Below are positions 10,054 to 19,752 of a stretch of 64,000 nt of DNA, in pieces. Position numbers and translations under genes: made by a program. Position 1 is the stretch's first letter. Each line of letters starts with the position of its first letter. This DNA is from Roseibacillus sp. (GTDB taxonomy: Bacteria > Verrucomicrobiota > Verrucomicrobiia > Verrucomicrobiales > Akkermansiaceae): NCBI GenBank assembly GCA_051251855.1, contig JBPOGI010000001.1:64001-128000 (forward strand), read 5' to 3'. The notes under the pieces were generated by a model. That model did no database searches, had not been told where the DNA came from, and worked only from the letters and a program-made list of their open reading frames with translations.

Positions 10054-10841
10054 ATGAATGGTGGCCATTGCTCGTCGCGGCGGCGGCGATGATTCTGCTC
10101 TTCGCAGGGGCATGGGGGTGGTGTGTGAAGCTGGATAACTTTTCGCCGGTAGATGCCTTCTGGGCTTTTGGAATCGGTTTGAGTGCGGTGTTTTTTGCGG
10201 TTACTGGGGAAGCTGATTTGAGCAAGCGCTTGTTGGCTGGAGGGTTGGCTGCGGTTTGGTCATTGCGGCTGGGGGGGCATTTGGCCGCGCGGATTCGTCG
10301 TCATCACCCTTCGGAGGACTCGCGTTATCGAAAGCTGCGCGACGTTTGGGAGGGAAGAGTGAATCGGTCGTTCTTTTGGTTCTTTCAGGCTCAAGCGCTC
10401 TCGGTGGTGCTATTGTCTTTGCCTTTTTTTCTCATTTCCAAAGATGGCAATGGGTGGGGGCTTTGGGAATGGGTTGGTCTTGTGGTCACCGTGGTTGGTT
10501 TGGTGGGCGAGAGTATTTCCGATCGGCAGATGGACCGATTCAAAGAAAAGAATGACGACCCCAAGGGAGTCTGTCGGGAAGGGTTGTGGAAGTATTCGCG
10601 GCATCCCAATTACTTTTTTGAGTTTGTGATTTGGGTGGGCTTCTTTGTCCTAGCCTGTGGTTCCCAGTGGGGATGGACTACGATTTATGCTCCCGCATGC
10701 ATCCTTTTTCTTTTACTGCGCGTAACTGGTATCCCCCCAACTGAGGCTTCTGCGGTCAAACGCAAAGGCGATGCTTATCGGGACTATCAGGCTACAACGA
10801 GTGCGTTTGTTCCTCTTCCACCTAAGAAAAATTCCTCATGA
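10050..10841 (+). CDS. DUF1295 family (steroid 5-alpha-reductase-like) membrane protein
   Basis: [49 protein letters not shown]. Confidence 0.9.
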   Translation: MNEWWPLLVAAAAMILLFAGAWGWCVKLDNFSPVDAFWAFGIGLSAVFFAVTGEADLSKRLLAGGLAAVWSLRLGGHLAARIRRHHPSEDSRYRKLRDVWEGRVNRSFFWFFQAQALSVVLLSLPFFLISKDGNGWGLWEWVGLVVTVVGLVGESISDRQMDRFKEKNDDPKGVCREGLWKYSRHPNYFFEFVIWVGFFVLACGSQWGWTTIYAPACILFLLLRVTGIPPTEASAVKRKGDAYRDYQATTSAFVPLPPKKNSS

Positions 10842-11887
10842 TTGATACTGATAAAATCCTCTCAAGCGGGCTCGTTCCCGATGGTCTCATCCGGGCTGGC
10901 ATCCGTCAGCGATTGGCAGCAACCCTGTCCCCATTTGAAAAACTGAATGTCGAAGAGCGGCAGGCACGGCTGATGGCCCATGTTGAAGAGCTTAAAAATA
11001 GTCCAGTGGCGATTGCGACCGACGAAGCCAACGAGCAGCACTATGAGCTTCCAACCTTGTTTTTCCAAAGATGCTTGGGGAAGAACATGAAATACAGTTC
11101 TGGTTACTGGGACGAGGGAGTGACCGATATCGATGAGTCGGAAGCTCGGATGCTGGCTCTTACCTGCGAGAGGGCTGCGTTAGAGGATGGACAACGCATT
11201 CTGGAGTTAGGTTGTGGCTGGGGGTCGTTGAGTCTTTGGATGGCCAAGCACTACCCGAAGGCCGAGATTACAGTGGTGTCTAACAGCCGGACGCAAAAGG
11301 AATACATCATGGGCCAAGCTGAAGAGCGTGGTATCAAGAATCTGGAAGTGGTGACAGCCAACATGATTGACTACCAAGGGGAGGGGGACGGCATTTTCGA
11401 CCGAGTCGTTTCGGTAGAGATGTTCGAGCACATGAAAAACTATGAGGAACTCATGGGGCGGGTGGCGCGGTGGTTGAAACCTGGGGGGGCGCTCTTCGTG
11501 CACATCTTCACTCACAAGGAATATGCTTATCACTACGTTGCGGAGAAAGAGAGTGACTGGATGGCGCGCTATTTTTTCACTGGAGGGCAGATGCCTTCAG
11601 ATGATTTGTTGCTCTATTTTCAAGATGATTTGCGGATTGAACAGCACTGGCATGTTTCCGGAACGCACTATCAAAAGACCTCGGAAGCCTGGCTGCAGCG
11701 CATGGATCAGGCCGAGGACGAATTGAAGCCTCTCATTCGCGAAACATACGGTGCCGAGAATGAGAAACGCTGGTGGACCTATTGGCGGGTCTTCTACATG
11801 GCCTGTGCCGAACTCTGGGGCTACCGCAACGGTGACGAGTGGATCGTTTCGCATTACCGCTTTCGAAAACCTCAAATTGAAACCTAG
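10838..11887 (+). CDS. Second CFA-family SAM-dependent methyltransferase (coclaurine N-methyltransferase-like subgroup)
   Basis: [56 protein letters not shown]. Confidence 0.9.
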   Translation: MIDTDKILSSGLVPDGLIRAGIRQRLAATLSPFEKLNVEERQARLMAHVEELKNSPVAIATDEANEQHYELPTLFFQRCLGKNMKYSSGYWDEGVTDIDESEARMLALTCERAALEDGQRILELGCGWGSLSLWMAKHYPKAEITVVSNSRTQKEYIMGQAEERGIKNLEVVTANMIDYQGEGDGIFDRVVSVEMFEHMKNYEELMGRVARWLKPGGALFVHIFTHKEYAYHYVAEKESDWMARYFFTGGQMPSDDLLLYFQDDLRIEQHWHVSGTHYQKTSEAWLQRMDQAEDELKPLIRETYGAENEKRWWTYWRVFYMACAELWGYRNGDEWIVSHYRFRKPQIET

Positions 11888-11893
11888 AATCTT

Positions 11894-12637
11894 ATGAAAA
11901 TACTCCCCCATATATTGCTGTCATTTTCCCTAACGTTGTCATCTATTCATGCTCAAACTGCGAAGGAGTGGGTCGCGTATGCAGAGAAGCTGGAGGTGGC
12001 TGGTGACACCCCAAAGGCACTCGCCTCTTTCTTGGAAGCAGATAAGAAGAAGCCTAACGATGCCTCTATCTTGGTGAAAATCGGCAAACAGTGGGGGGAC
12101 TACATGGCGGAGCTCAAAGGAGGACAACGTCAGGATGCTGCTCAAAAGTCGCTTTCGTATTCTAAGCAGGCGCTTAAGGTTGCTCCTAAAAACAGCGATT
12201 CACATCTCGCGGTGGCCTTGTCCCTCGGAAAGAACGTTGAGTTCATGGGCAATAAACAGAAAATTCAGGCTTCAAAGGATATTAAGTTTCATGCCGAGCG
12301 TGCTCTCGCGCTGAATCCTAAAAGTGACTACGCGCATCATCTTCTCGGTCGTTGGCATCAAAATGTCTCTGAAATGGGCGGGGTCACGAGGACAATTGCG
12401 AAAGTCATCTATGGTGAGATTCCTCAAGGGAGTCTCACGGCAGCCCTTGGACACTTTCAGAAGGCGCGGCAGTTACGAGCTGACCGCTTGGTCCATCAAA
12501 TTGAGTATGGCCGTACTTTGGTCATGATGGGAGAGAAGGGGAAGGGAGTTGCCGAGATTAAGAAGGGGCTCGCGATGCCTAACAAGGACAAGGATGATCC
12601 CGAGAGCAAAGTGCGAGGCCGGGCGATGCTGAAGTGA
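11894..12637 (+). CDS. Exported TPR/helical-repeat protein
   Basis: Signal peptide ending SIHA; TPR-like repeats ALKVAPKNSDSH, ALALNPKSDYAHHLLGRWH. Confidence 0.7.
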   Translation: MKILPHILLSFSLTLSSIHAQTAKEWVAYAEKLEVAGDTPKALASFLEADKKKPNDASILVKIGKQWGDYMAELKGGQRQDAAQKSLSYSKQALKVAPKNSDSHLAVALSLGKNVEFMGNKQKIQASKDIKFHAERALALNPKSDYAHHLLGRWHQNVSEMGGVTRTIAKVIYGEIPQGSLTAALGHFQKARQLRADRLVHQIEYGRTLVMMGEKGKGVAEIKKGLAMPNKDKDDPESKVRGRAMLK

Positions 12638-12641
12638 AGGG

Positions 12642-13580
12642 TCAGTGGAAGCTGAATCTCCAAGCGGGGACCTTCTTGCGATAGCTGTCCCAGGCCTGAC
12701 CGAAGCGTTTTCTCATATCGGCATCTTCCGACCATCGGGCAAAGCCGAGCGAGTAGGCCACGATGGAGAGTGCGCAGAGCGCTATCCAGAGATTCCAGAA
12801 CAGGGCTGCTTCAATCAGCAATAGAGAGGTGATTCCAAATTGCATTGGGTTACGAATGCGGCGGTAGACTCCGGTTGTGACAAGGATTATGGGGGCATCC
12901 ATGGGGACGGGAGTTCCTTTGCCGACCACCACAAATTCTCTAACGGCAAGAATAGCTGGAATGGCAGGGAGCAAGGCAAGAGCAGTTGCGCCGAGTTGGA
13001 TCAAAAGGGGAACGCTTGCGAAAGACTCAAAGAGGGTTTTCCAACTGCCTGAGTGAGCCGCAAGAGGGATATGGATCAACGCAAGAATGGCAAAGCCGGT
13101 GGCGATGAGCATTGTGCGGGGACCGAGGTGAGTGTGGGAACTTGTCCAGCGGTAGAGGAAGAGGCCGGGGACGAGCGCACCTGCAATCATAAGGACTTCT
13201 CCCTCGAGCCATCCTTCTTTGAGGATGAGAAGAGGTTCAAGGAGGGGCATGGTGACGAGGTCTAACAGAATCATAATGGTGATGGTGAGCCAGAGGGGGA
13301 GTTTCTGAGAGATAATACATGCGAGAGCACCCCAGAGGGCCGCCCACCCGAACCAGAGCGAGAGAGGAAGCCCTCCGAACCGTGGGCTGGAGGTCACAAA
13401 GTTCCACCAACCCGCCCACTCCGCGATGCCATTGAGACAGGGGAGGGTCGCTAAGTTCCAGAGCACTGCGTAAAGGACTCCGAGTCCTTCGCGCCTGTTG
13501 ATACGAAGAACGAAACCCAGAATGAGCGCCGTGAGAATGGGCCAATAAAGGGCGACGGCCTCAATAACGAGAGGGTTCAT
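12642..13580 (-). CDS. Polytopic membrane protein with C-terminal ICMT/PEMT-family methyltransferase domain
   Basis: GKGTPVPMDAP..LV.TGVYRRIRNPM, ED..M.KRFG.AW..Y...VP.W; many TM helices. Confidence 0.8.
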   Translation of the reverse strand: MNPLVIEAVALYWPILTALILGFVLRINRREGLGVLYAVLWNLATLPCLNGIAEWAGWWNFVTSSPRFGGLPLSLWFGWAALWGALACIISQKLPLWLTITIMILLDLVTMPLLEPLLILKEGWLEGEVLMIAGALVPGLFLYRWTSSHTHLGPRTMLIATGFAILALIHIPLAAHSGSWKTLFESFASVPLLIQLGATALALLPAIPAILAVREFVVVGKGTPVPMDAPIILVTTGVYRRIRNPMQFGITSLLLIEAALFWNLWIALCALSIVAYSLGFARWSEDADMRKRFGQAWDSYRKKVPAWRFSFH

Positions 13581-14506
13581 GGTTGGATGATTGAGTCCAA
13601 GAAGTAGCGGCCTGCTTGTCGCACCCCGAATCGTTGAATGGGCGCAAAGTAGAGGGCGGGATCGAGATTGCGGTAATACTCAAAGGTGAGATTGATGGTG
13701 GTTGATCCTGTAGGGGTTTCGTGCCACCTCCAAGTAATGCGCTGCCAAGTTATCCATTGGTCGATTTCGGTCTCGTCTTGAACGGGGATGAAGGTCAGAG
13801 AGTTTGGGGTGCTCTTGGCAATTTCGACGGTGAGATTTCTGGGTGTCTTTTCTCCATGATCGAATGGAATGGTCCACTGGGTTCCGGTCTTGAGGCTACC
13901 CCCACCGGTGCTCGCAAGTGGAAGCGGAAATCCTGCTCGAAGAAAGATGGGGAGAGTCGAAGTGTCAAAGACGGGACCGCGGTCGAGTCGGGTTTGAAAC
14001 TCCTGCGGGGAAAGAGGAACTGTTTTGTTAATAGTGACTTGTTCTTGTCTTTTAAAGCTCAGGTTATCGTGAGTGCCTTCAAGACTGAAAACACTAAAGA
14101 CGGCGATGAGGGAGAGTCGAGTCTTGGCGAGGTTTTCCCGTGCTCGTGCACGGTCAATGAAGATGCCAATGATGAAGCCGATGGCGAGAAAGAAGGGGAG
14201 GGAGACTAGAATGCAGATGAGGCCCTCTAGGACCAGAACACTAGCAGCGAGCATGCTCAAAGTGATATAGAGCAGTATAGCCCCTGTGACGGTGCGAGGA
14301 GTAGGAATCAAAGAGAGTCCAATGGCGAGAAGAGCGGGGATGCCTACGTAGAGGGCTGAAGACTTTCCGTAGTCAGAACCGATCAGCAACCGGTAGGTGA
14401 CCGAAACGAGCGCAAAAATGAGAATCGTCGCAATGAATTTTCTCTTCACATTGAGGCCGCTCTTTTCCTCTGGTTTAGGAAAACTACTATCCTGCTCGGT
14501 GCTCAC
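13577..14506 (-). CDS. Membrane protein with probable C-terminal SRPBCC/START-like domain
   Basis: Four N-terminal TM helices (LEGLICIL motif) then a soluble domain (FLRAGFPLP, YYRNLDPALYF.P); GTG start at 14506 inferred from the operator position, alternative GTG at 14449; ATGA-coupled to the downstream gene. Confidence 0.6.
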   Translation of the reverse strand: MSTEQDSSFPKPEEKSGLNVKRKFIATILIFALVSVTYRLLIGSDYGKSSALYVGIPALLAIGLSLIPTPRTVTGAILLYITLSMLAASVLVLEGLICILVSLPFFLAIGFIIGIFIDRARARENLAKTRLSLIAVFSVFSLEGTHDNLSFKRQEQVTINKTVPLSPQEFQTRLDRGPVFDTSTLPIFLRAGFPLPLASTGGGSLKTGTQWTIPFDHGEKTPRNLTVEIAKSTPNSLTFIPVQDETEIDQWITWQRITWRWHETPTGSTTINLTFEYYRNLDPALYFAPIQRFGVRQAGRYFLDSIIQP

Positions 14507-14507
14507 T

Positions 14508-14527
14508 CTTTCAGAATTAACTGAAAA
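14508..14527 (-). promoter_or_regulatory. Palindromic operator TTTTCAG-NN-AATTCTGAAAG (copy 1)
   Basis: 18/20 identical to the site at 27043-27062; core TTTCAG-N6-CTGAAA; lies 1 nt before GTG 14506. Confidence 0.75.
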
Positions 14528-14583
14528 CACAGAAAGTTTAAAGCTTTATTTTGGCGGCTTTGTTGAGTGGAGGCTGAGCTTCT

Positions 14584-15894
14584 TTATGAACCTTTAGGGG
14601 ACCACCAAGAGTTAAGCTTTTTGGTGAGGGCTTTGACGAGCTCGGGATTCTTGGAGGCGAGGTCTTCTCTTTCGTTGGGATCTCGCGCAAGATTATAGAG
14701 CTCAGGTTTGGCTTCGGGGCCGCGAACGAGGGGGTTGGGAGAAATGAGTTTCCAGTCGTTTTCGATGGTGAATCGGTTTTCTAAGCTCTTATGTGGAGAG
14801 CCCTGTTCGGCCACATTGTGCCGATAGCAAGAGCCGTAGATGGTCTCGCGAGTTTCGACTTGAGCGAAGTTAGTGAGATTGATTCCACTCAGCCCATCCG
14901 GAAGAGGGGTTCCGCAAAGTGCGGCGGCGGTGGGCCAGATATCGAGGTTACTAGCAAGGTTTTCGCTGTCCATGCGCGGCTCGATCTTGTCTTCCCAAGA
15001 GAAAATGATGGGGGTGCGAATACCGCCTTCGTAGACGGTGAGCTTGGAACGAGGAGCAAAGCGGTTGAGTTGCTCGGGATCTTGAATCCAGCCGTTGTCA
15101 CAAGTGTAGATGATGAGGGTGTTTTCAAGTTCCCCGCTTTCTTCTAGGAAGGTCATGAGTTCGGCAATGGTGTTGTCGAGCCATTCGCAGCAGGCCCAGT
15201 AGGCGGCGATGTTAGGGTTGTCAGTCTTCTTGAGATATTTGTCTAAGAGCTCTTGGGGTGGGTTGTGAGGAGTGTGGGGCAGGAAGACGCCATACCAAAT
15301 GAACCAAGGTTGGTCGCTGGACTCGGTGATGAAGTCTTTGATGGGGGCGATGCCCTTGCGGCCGATATCGAGGCCTGCGTCGCCATGGCGGCCACCTTTG
15401 TCAGGGGTGCCGAAGGTCATGCCTTGTGTGAAGTCGCCTTCCTCCACGGGACGGCCTTCCCACCATTTACCTGTTTGCAGGCTGCGGTAGCCACTTTCTT
15501 TGAGGGAGCGTACCCAGTTAGGGTGGGTGCGCCACTCTGCAGTGAGATCGGTAGAGAGATGGGCGTACTTGGGATTGTTTCGTTGCCTCTGAACGTTGAG
15601 GGATTTTTCAGGAAGATCGGGATCGTTTCCGGTGACTCCGTGTTCGTGGGGATGGAGACCGGTGAGGATACTGGCAAGGGAGGGGCGGCAAAGGGGGACG
15701 GGAGTGTAGCCCCGTTGAAAGGTGAGGCCGTTAGCGGCGAGCTTGTCGATGGCAGGGGTCTCGATGTGGGGGTGACCCATGAAGCTGTAGTCGCTCCAAG
15801 CTTGGTCATCGGAGAGAAGAAAAAGGATGTTCGGTTTTTTCTCTTCGGCGGAGAGTAAAGAAAGGGGAAGGAGTAAAAGAGAAAGAAATTTCAT
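14584..15894 (-). CDS. Exported formylglycine-type (S1) sulfatase with variant signature
   Basis: Signal peptide, KPNILFLLSDD, TPAID.LA, LCRPSLASILTG, TGKW, DNG, YEGGIRTP, ELYNL..DP.E. Confidence 0.88.
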   Translation of the reverse strand: MKFLSLLLLPLSLLSAEEKKPNILFLLSDDQAWSDYSFMGHPHIETPAIDKLAANGLTFQRGYTPVPLCRPSLASILTGLHPHEHGVTGNDPDLPEKSLNVQRQRNNPKYAHLSTDLTAEWRTHPNWVRSLKESGYRSLQTGKWWEGRPVEEGDFTQGMTFGTPDKGGRHGDAGLDIGRKGIAPIKDFITESSDQPWFIWYGVFLPHTPHNPPQELLDKYLKKTDNPNIAAYWACCEWLDNTIAELMTFLEESGELENTLIIYTCDNGWIQDPEQLNRFAPRSKLTVYEGGIRTPIIFSWEDKIEPRMDSENLASNLDIWPTAAALCGTPLPDGLSGINLTNFAQVETRETIYGSCYRHNVAEQGSPHKSLENRFTIENDWKLISPNPLVRGPEAKPELYNLARDPNEREDLASKNPELVKALTKKLNSWWSPKGS

Positions 15895-15983
15895 GAGGTG
15901 ATGGTTCTTTAAACTGAAAGTTTTGTGATGACTTACGGTCATCTACGGGTGGCTTGTTGGGCTTAGTTGCGATTAGAGAAGGT

Positions 15984-16550
15984 CTATCCTTGGAGCAGAT
16001 GGCGGCCCTTCCAAGTATAGTTGAAGCCGGAGAGCGCGGTAAGGAGAAGGGCTCCGTAGAGGGAGATTCGAATGAGCCAGCCTTGGGGAGAGGTTAAAGT
16101 GTGGAGAAAGTTTGAAGGAGAGTTCTGGACCAGAAGCCAAACGAGGGCTGCGAGGCAGAAGGTGAGTTGGAAGGTGGTTTTCCATTTCCCTAAGTTATCG
16201 GCGGGGATGACCTGTCCTTGTTCGACCGCGATTTGGCGAAGGCCAGTGACGAGGAACTCGCGAGCAATGATGACCGAGGTGACCCAAACAGGGCAAAGGC
16301 CCAAGGCTGTGAGGTGAATGAAAGCTGCGGCGACGAGAATTTTGTCAGCTAAGGGATCGAGAAGTTTCCCGAGGGAAGTCACCAGATTGAGCTTGCGAGC
16401 GAGATAGCCGTCCAAGAAATCTGAGAAGGTGGCGAGAGCAAAGGTGACGAGGGCGACCATATTGCCGGTAAAGGTGCCGGTCGACGCAGCCACTACAAAA
16501 ATAGCGGTGAGGACGAGGCGAGCGGCGGTGATAGAATTCGGGAGATTCAT
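15984..16550 (-). CDS. pgsA: CDP-diacylglycerol--glycerol-3-phosphate 3-phosphatidyltransferase
   Basis: MNLPNSIT..R, DFLDGYLAR......GKLLDPLADK CDP-alcohol phosphotransferase motif, GKWKT. Confidence 0.9.
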   Translation of the reverse strand: MNLPNSITAARLVLTAIFVVAASTGTFTGNMVALVTFALATFSDFLDGYLARKLNLVTSLGKLLDPLADKILVAAAFIHLTALGLCPVWVTSVIIAREFLVTGLRQIAVEQGQVIPADNLGKWKTTFQLTFCLAALVWLLVQNSPSNFLHTLTSPQGWLIRISLYGALLLTALSGFNYTWKGRHLLQG

Positions 16551-16619
16551 AAGGCATCAGAGTCAAAGGGCCGGATTGGCTCTTCAGTTTTCGCTGTGAA
16601 AATTGGGGGGAGGCTTCAG

Positions 16620-17153
16620 TTACTCGGCAATTGAGAAGCGGCGGCCTTTGCCTTCGCGCCATGCTTTGTTGAGGGAGCCATAAAGAGCGTCGAGAGTGGA
16701 TCGTTCTTGCACGCGATACTCGACGGTCTTGGCATGGGTGGTGGTGGGGTAGCTCTTCTGAACCATGCTACTGATGTTCGAGCCGGTAAGCTCTTCCGCT
16801 CTTCCCGTCAGTTCGCGCGCCCGCTGGGTGGCGCGTTGAGCGGCTGAGGATTTGCTGTTCTCGGAGGCGGGCGTGATTTGATAGATACGGCAAAGGGCGT
16901 TGCCTACGGTATCGATGGTGACCTCGGTGACGATGAGGCCTCCATCCAAGACGTAGGAACTGCGGGAAATGGAAGCTATGCGATCGAGAGCGACCATGAA
17001 GTGACCATCGGGGAGGGCCAGTTGCCAAAAGCGCTTGAGATCCTCTTCGTCGGTAGCGTTTTGGGTTTCGTCGGGTTGGTCATCCCCTGAGGTTTGGGCA
17101 GCGAGTGGAAAGGTAAAGAAGAGCAACAAGGCGAGAAAGCGAAGGGCTGTCAT
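16620..17153 (-). CDS. Exported hypothetical protein
   Basis: Signal peptide ending PLAA; own promoter directly upstream; fills the gap between pgsA and rppH. Confidence 0.7.
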   Translation of the reverse strand: MTALRFLALLLFFTFPLAAQTSGDDQPDETQNATDEEDLKRFWQLALPDGHFMVALDRIASISRSSYVLDGGLIVTEVTIDTVGNALCRIYQITPASENSKSSAAQRATQRARELTGRAEELTGSNISSMVQKSYPTTTHAKTVEYRVQERSTLDALYGSLNKAWREGKGRRFSIAE

Positions 17154-17159
17154 GGGGGG

Positions 17160-17188
17160 ATGCTAGTCACAGGATAAGATGACGTCAA
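17160..17188 (-). promoter_or_regulatory. Sigma-70-type promoter, probably leaderless
   Basis: TTGACG-N17-TAGCAT-N6-ATG(17153) on the minus strand. Confidence 0.65.
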
Positions 17189-17242
17189 AACTTCGCTACA
17201 AGGATTGAGAAGGGAGAGGAGAGGGGGCATCATCTAATCCTG

Positions 17243-17710
17243 ATGATGGAATACCGCCCCAATGTTGCGATTCTGCTGGTCCGTGAGGATGGGCGTTTGC
17301 TCATTTGCGAGCGTCTGAAGGTGAAAGGGGCTTGGCAGTTCCCCCAAGGAGGAGTGGATGAGGGGGAAACTCTGGAAGAAGCACTGCTGCGAGAGGTTGA
17401 GGAGGAAATTGGCCTTTTACCTGAGAGCTATGACATCCTCGAGATGAAGGGTGGCTACCGCTATGTTTACCCGGACAATATCAAAAAGAAGAAAAAGCGG
17501 AAGGGCTGGTTCGACGGTCAGGAGCAAACTTACTACCGCTGTCTCCTCCACGATAAGAAGGCCAAGATAAGTATCGACCAAAAGCCACGGGAGTTTCGTG
17601 ATACCAAGTGGATCGAGCCTGCTGACTTCAAGCTCTCATGGCTTCCGGAATTCAAACGTGATGTTTATCGGAAAGTGATGAAGGACTTTTTCGGAGTCAC
17701 TCTCTCATAG
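17243..17710 (+). CDS. rppH: RNA pyrophosphohydrolase (Nudix)
   Basis: YRPNV, AWQFPQGGVDEGE..EEALLREVEEEIGL Nudix box, GQEQ, EF, FKRDVY. Confidence 0.82.
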   Translation: MMEYRPNVAILLVREDGRLLICERLKVKGAWQFPQGGVDEGETLEEALLREVEEEIGLLPESYDILEMKGGYRYVYPDNIKKKKKRKGWFDGQEQTYYRCLLHDKKAKISIDQKPREFRDTKWIEPADFKLSWLPEFKRDVYRKVMKDFFGVTLS

Positions 17711-17817
17711 GGGGCCTGTTCCCCTCCGAAAAACGCTGGCTACGAATGTGAGCACCTAAAAAAGCGTTCGTTACCGAGGGGAGGATTGGAGAGTTGTTTT
17801 CTGGCGGTTTTTACTCG

Positions 17818-18735
17818 CTAACCCCGCCATTTTTTCAGCACCTCAGCGTCTTGACGAATCAAAGGCCAAGCTTCGCGTGCGGTCTCTGCTGGATAGAGCT
17901 GATGCTTGCCCCATTCCATGTGGAGACTGATGGGAGAGGGGGAGAGGTTCTTGCGCACTTGCTCAAACATTTCTTCGGTGACGAATCCGGTGCCGAGAGG
18001 GGCGTTCACCAACTTGTCGCTGCGCTCTCCTCCCCACTTGGCGTCTTTGACGTAGATAGCGCGCACGTGTTTGCGGGCTAGGCGCTCGGTCATTTCCCAA
18101 GATCTGCCGCCATCGGTTTTGGTATGGCGAAGGTCGAAACCGAGACCAAAGTGCTCGGGGTCAATTCCTTCTAAGATGAGAGCCATGTCCCAAAGCAAAG
18201 AGCCGGCGTTTTTCCATCCCGAGTGGAGTTGGTAAATTCCCTCCATGCCGAGGCTCGCGTTCAGTTCAGCGAGCTTTTGCGCCTTTTCCTGAAAGCCTCT
18301 CATCTCAGCAAGGGGGTCGCCGTTCTTGCTGTAGTAGAAGTATTCGGTGCGGTATTTGGTAATGCCATTGTCGCGCAGAATTTTGAGGAAGTCACTTGTC
18401 TCGGGGGTGGCATTAATGAAGCGAGTGGCCGCGATGACGGTGTCTAAGCCAGCTGCTTCTAGAGCCTTCATCATGCTGGGGATTTCCTTGGCCGCGTTTT
18501 CAGGCAAGATATGGCCCTTTGGTCGAATGGTGGCTTCGAGACCTCGTAAGCCCATTTGAGCGACTTCATCTGCAATCTCTTGATAGCTCAAAGCTTGCAC
18601 GGGCTTCTCGAAGAGGACGATAGGCCAGTCTTCTGGGGCATCTGCTTGTTGAGCTGGAGAGTCTTGTGCGCGGACCAGCCCTGAAGCGACTGCTGCCATT
18701 CCTGTTTGCTGGAGAAAATTTCGTCTCGTTACCAT
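17818..18735 (-). CDS. Tat-exported sugar-phosphate isomerase/epimerase (TIM barrel, AP_endonuc_2 family)
   Basis: TRRNFL twin-arginine signal; FDLRH, YVKD, PLGTG, SLHMEW. Confidence 0.8.
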   Translation of the reverse strand: MVTRRNFLQQTGMAAVASGLVRAQDSPAQQADAPEDWPIVLFEKPVQALSYQEIADEVAQMGLRGLEATIRPKGHILPENAAKEIPSMMKALEAAGLDTVIAATRFINATPETSDFLKILRDNGITKYRTEYFYYSKNGDPLAEMRGFQEKAQKLAELNASLGMEGIYQLHSGWKNAGSLLWDMALILEGIDPEHFGLGFDLRHTKTDGGRSWEMTERLARKHVRAIYVKDAKWGGERSDKLVNAPLGTGFVTEEMFEQVRKNLSPSPISLHMEWGKHQLYPAETAREAWPLIRQDAEVLKKWRG

Positions 18736-18829
18736 CCCTTAAAAGACCTCTTCGAATCTCTTGCGTCAAAGAAAAAGGAAGCACAGTGCAGGCTTGCCAG
18801 CGGGGGGAGGAAAGGCATTCTCTAGCACC

Positions 18830-19657
18830 ATGCCTGCAAAAGGAGCCGAAGAGCGATACCGCCACAAGACAGGAAAGAAGCTCAAGCTTTCAGAGCTTGA
18901 TACCAATGAGAAGACTCTCGCGGAAGATTTAGGGAAGGAGGAATCCTTTGGGCCTTTCGACGAACTCCGCGACGAGCTCCAGCAATTGCAGAAAATGCTT
19001 TATGCGCAGGACAAGCACCGCGTCCTCGTGGTGATGCAAGCGATGGATACGGGGGGGAAGGATGGATGTATTAAGCACGTCTTCTCTCGCGTCGATCCGC
19101 AGGGTTTGAATGTGGTTTCGTTTAAGAAGCCCTCTGAGCGCGAGCTTTCGCATGACTTCCTCTGGCGCATTCACCAGAATGTTCCAGAGAATGGACATTT
19201 GACGGTTTTCAATCGCAGTCACTACGAAGACATCATCGCGGTCCGCGTGAAAGAGCTGTATCCGGAGAAAGTTTGGAAGCGTCGCTATAAACACATTGTC
19301 GACTTTGAGCAGATGCTCGCGGACGAGGGGACAACCATTGTGAAAATCTTTCTCAATATTTCGCGAGATGAGCAAAAGTCGCGGCTGCAGGCCCGCTTAG
19401 ATAATTCCGACAAATACTGGAAATTTAATCCAGATGATCTCAAGGATCGTGCTCGTTGGGACGACTTTATGGAGACTTACGAGGATGTTATCGAGAAGAC
19501 TTCGACTGATGTGGCTCCTTGGTATGTCGTTCCCGCTGACCGCAAATGGTATCGCAATCTCTGTGTGGCCCGGATCATGGTGGAGACTTTACGTAAGCTC
19601 GACATGAGCTTTCCCGAGCCGACGTGGAAGCCTGGGGACATTCAATTGAAGGACTAG
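18830..19657 (+). CDS. ppk2: Polyphosphate kinase 2 family (class III-like)
   Basis: QAMDTGGKDG Walker A, SFKKPS.REL.HDFLWR, FNRSHYED, WKFNPDD, APWYVVPADRKWYRN. Confidence 0.92.
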   Translation: MPAKGAEERYRHKTGKKLKLSELDTNEKTLAEDLGKEESFGPFDELRDELQQLQKMLYAQDKHRVLVVMQAMDTGGKDGCIKHVFSRVDPQGLNVVSFKKPSERELSHDFLWRIHQNVPENGHLTVFNRSHYEDIIAVRVKELYPEKVWKRRYKHIVDFEQMLADEGTTIVKIFLNISRDEQKSRLQARLDNSDKYWKFNPDDLKDRARWDDFMETYEDVIEKTSTDVAPWYVVPADRKWYRNLCVARIMVETLRKLDMSFPEPTWKPGDIQLKD

Positions 19658-19752
19658 AATACCTCTGGCCCCTAGGAATGCGGGGAGTAGGAATTCTTTT
19701 GACCAAAACTGCGCGTGACAAGTGACTTCGTAATCACTACAAACAACCGCAG

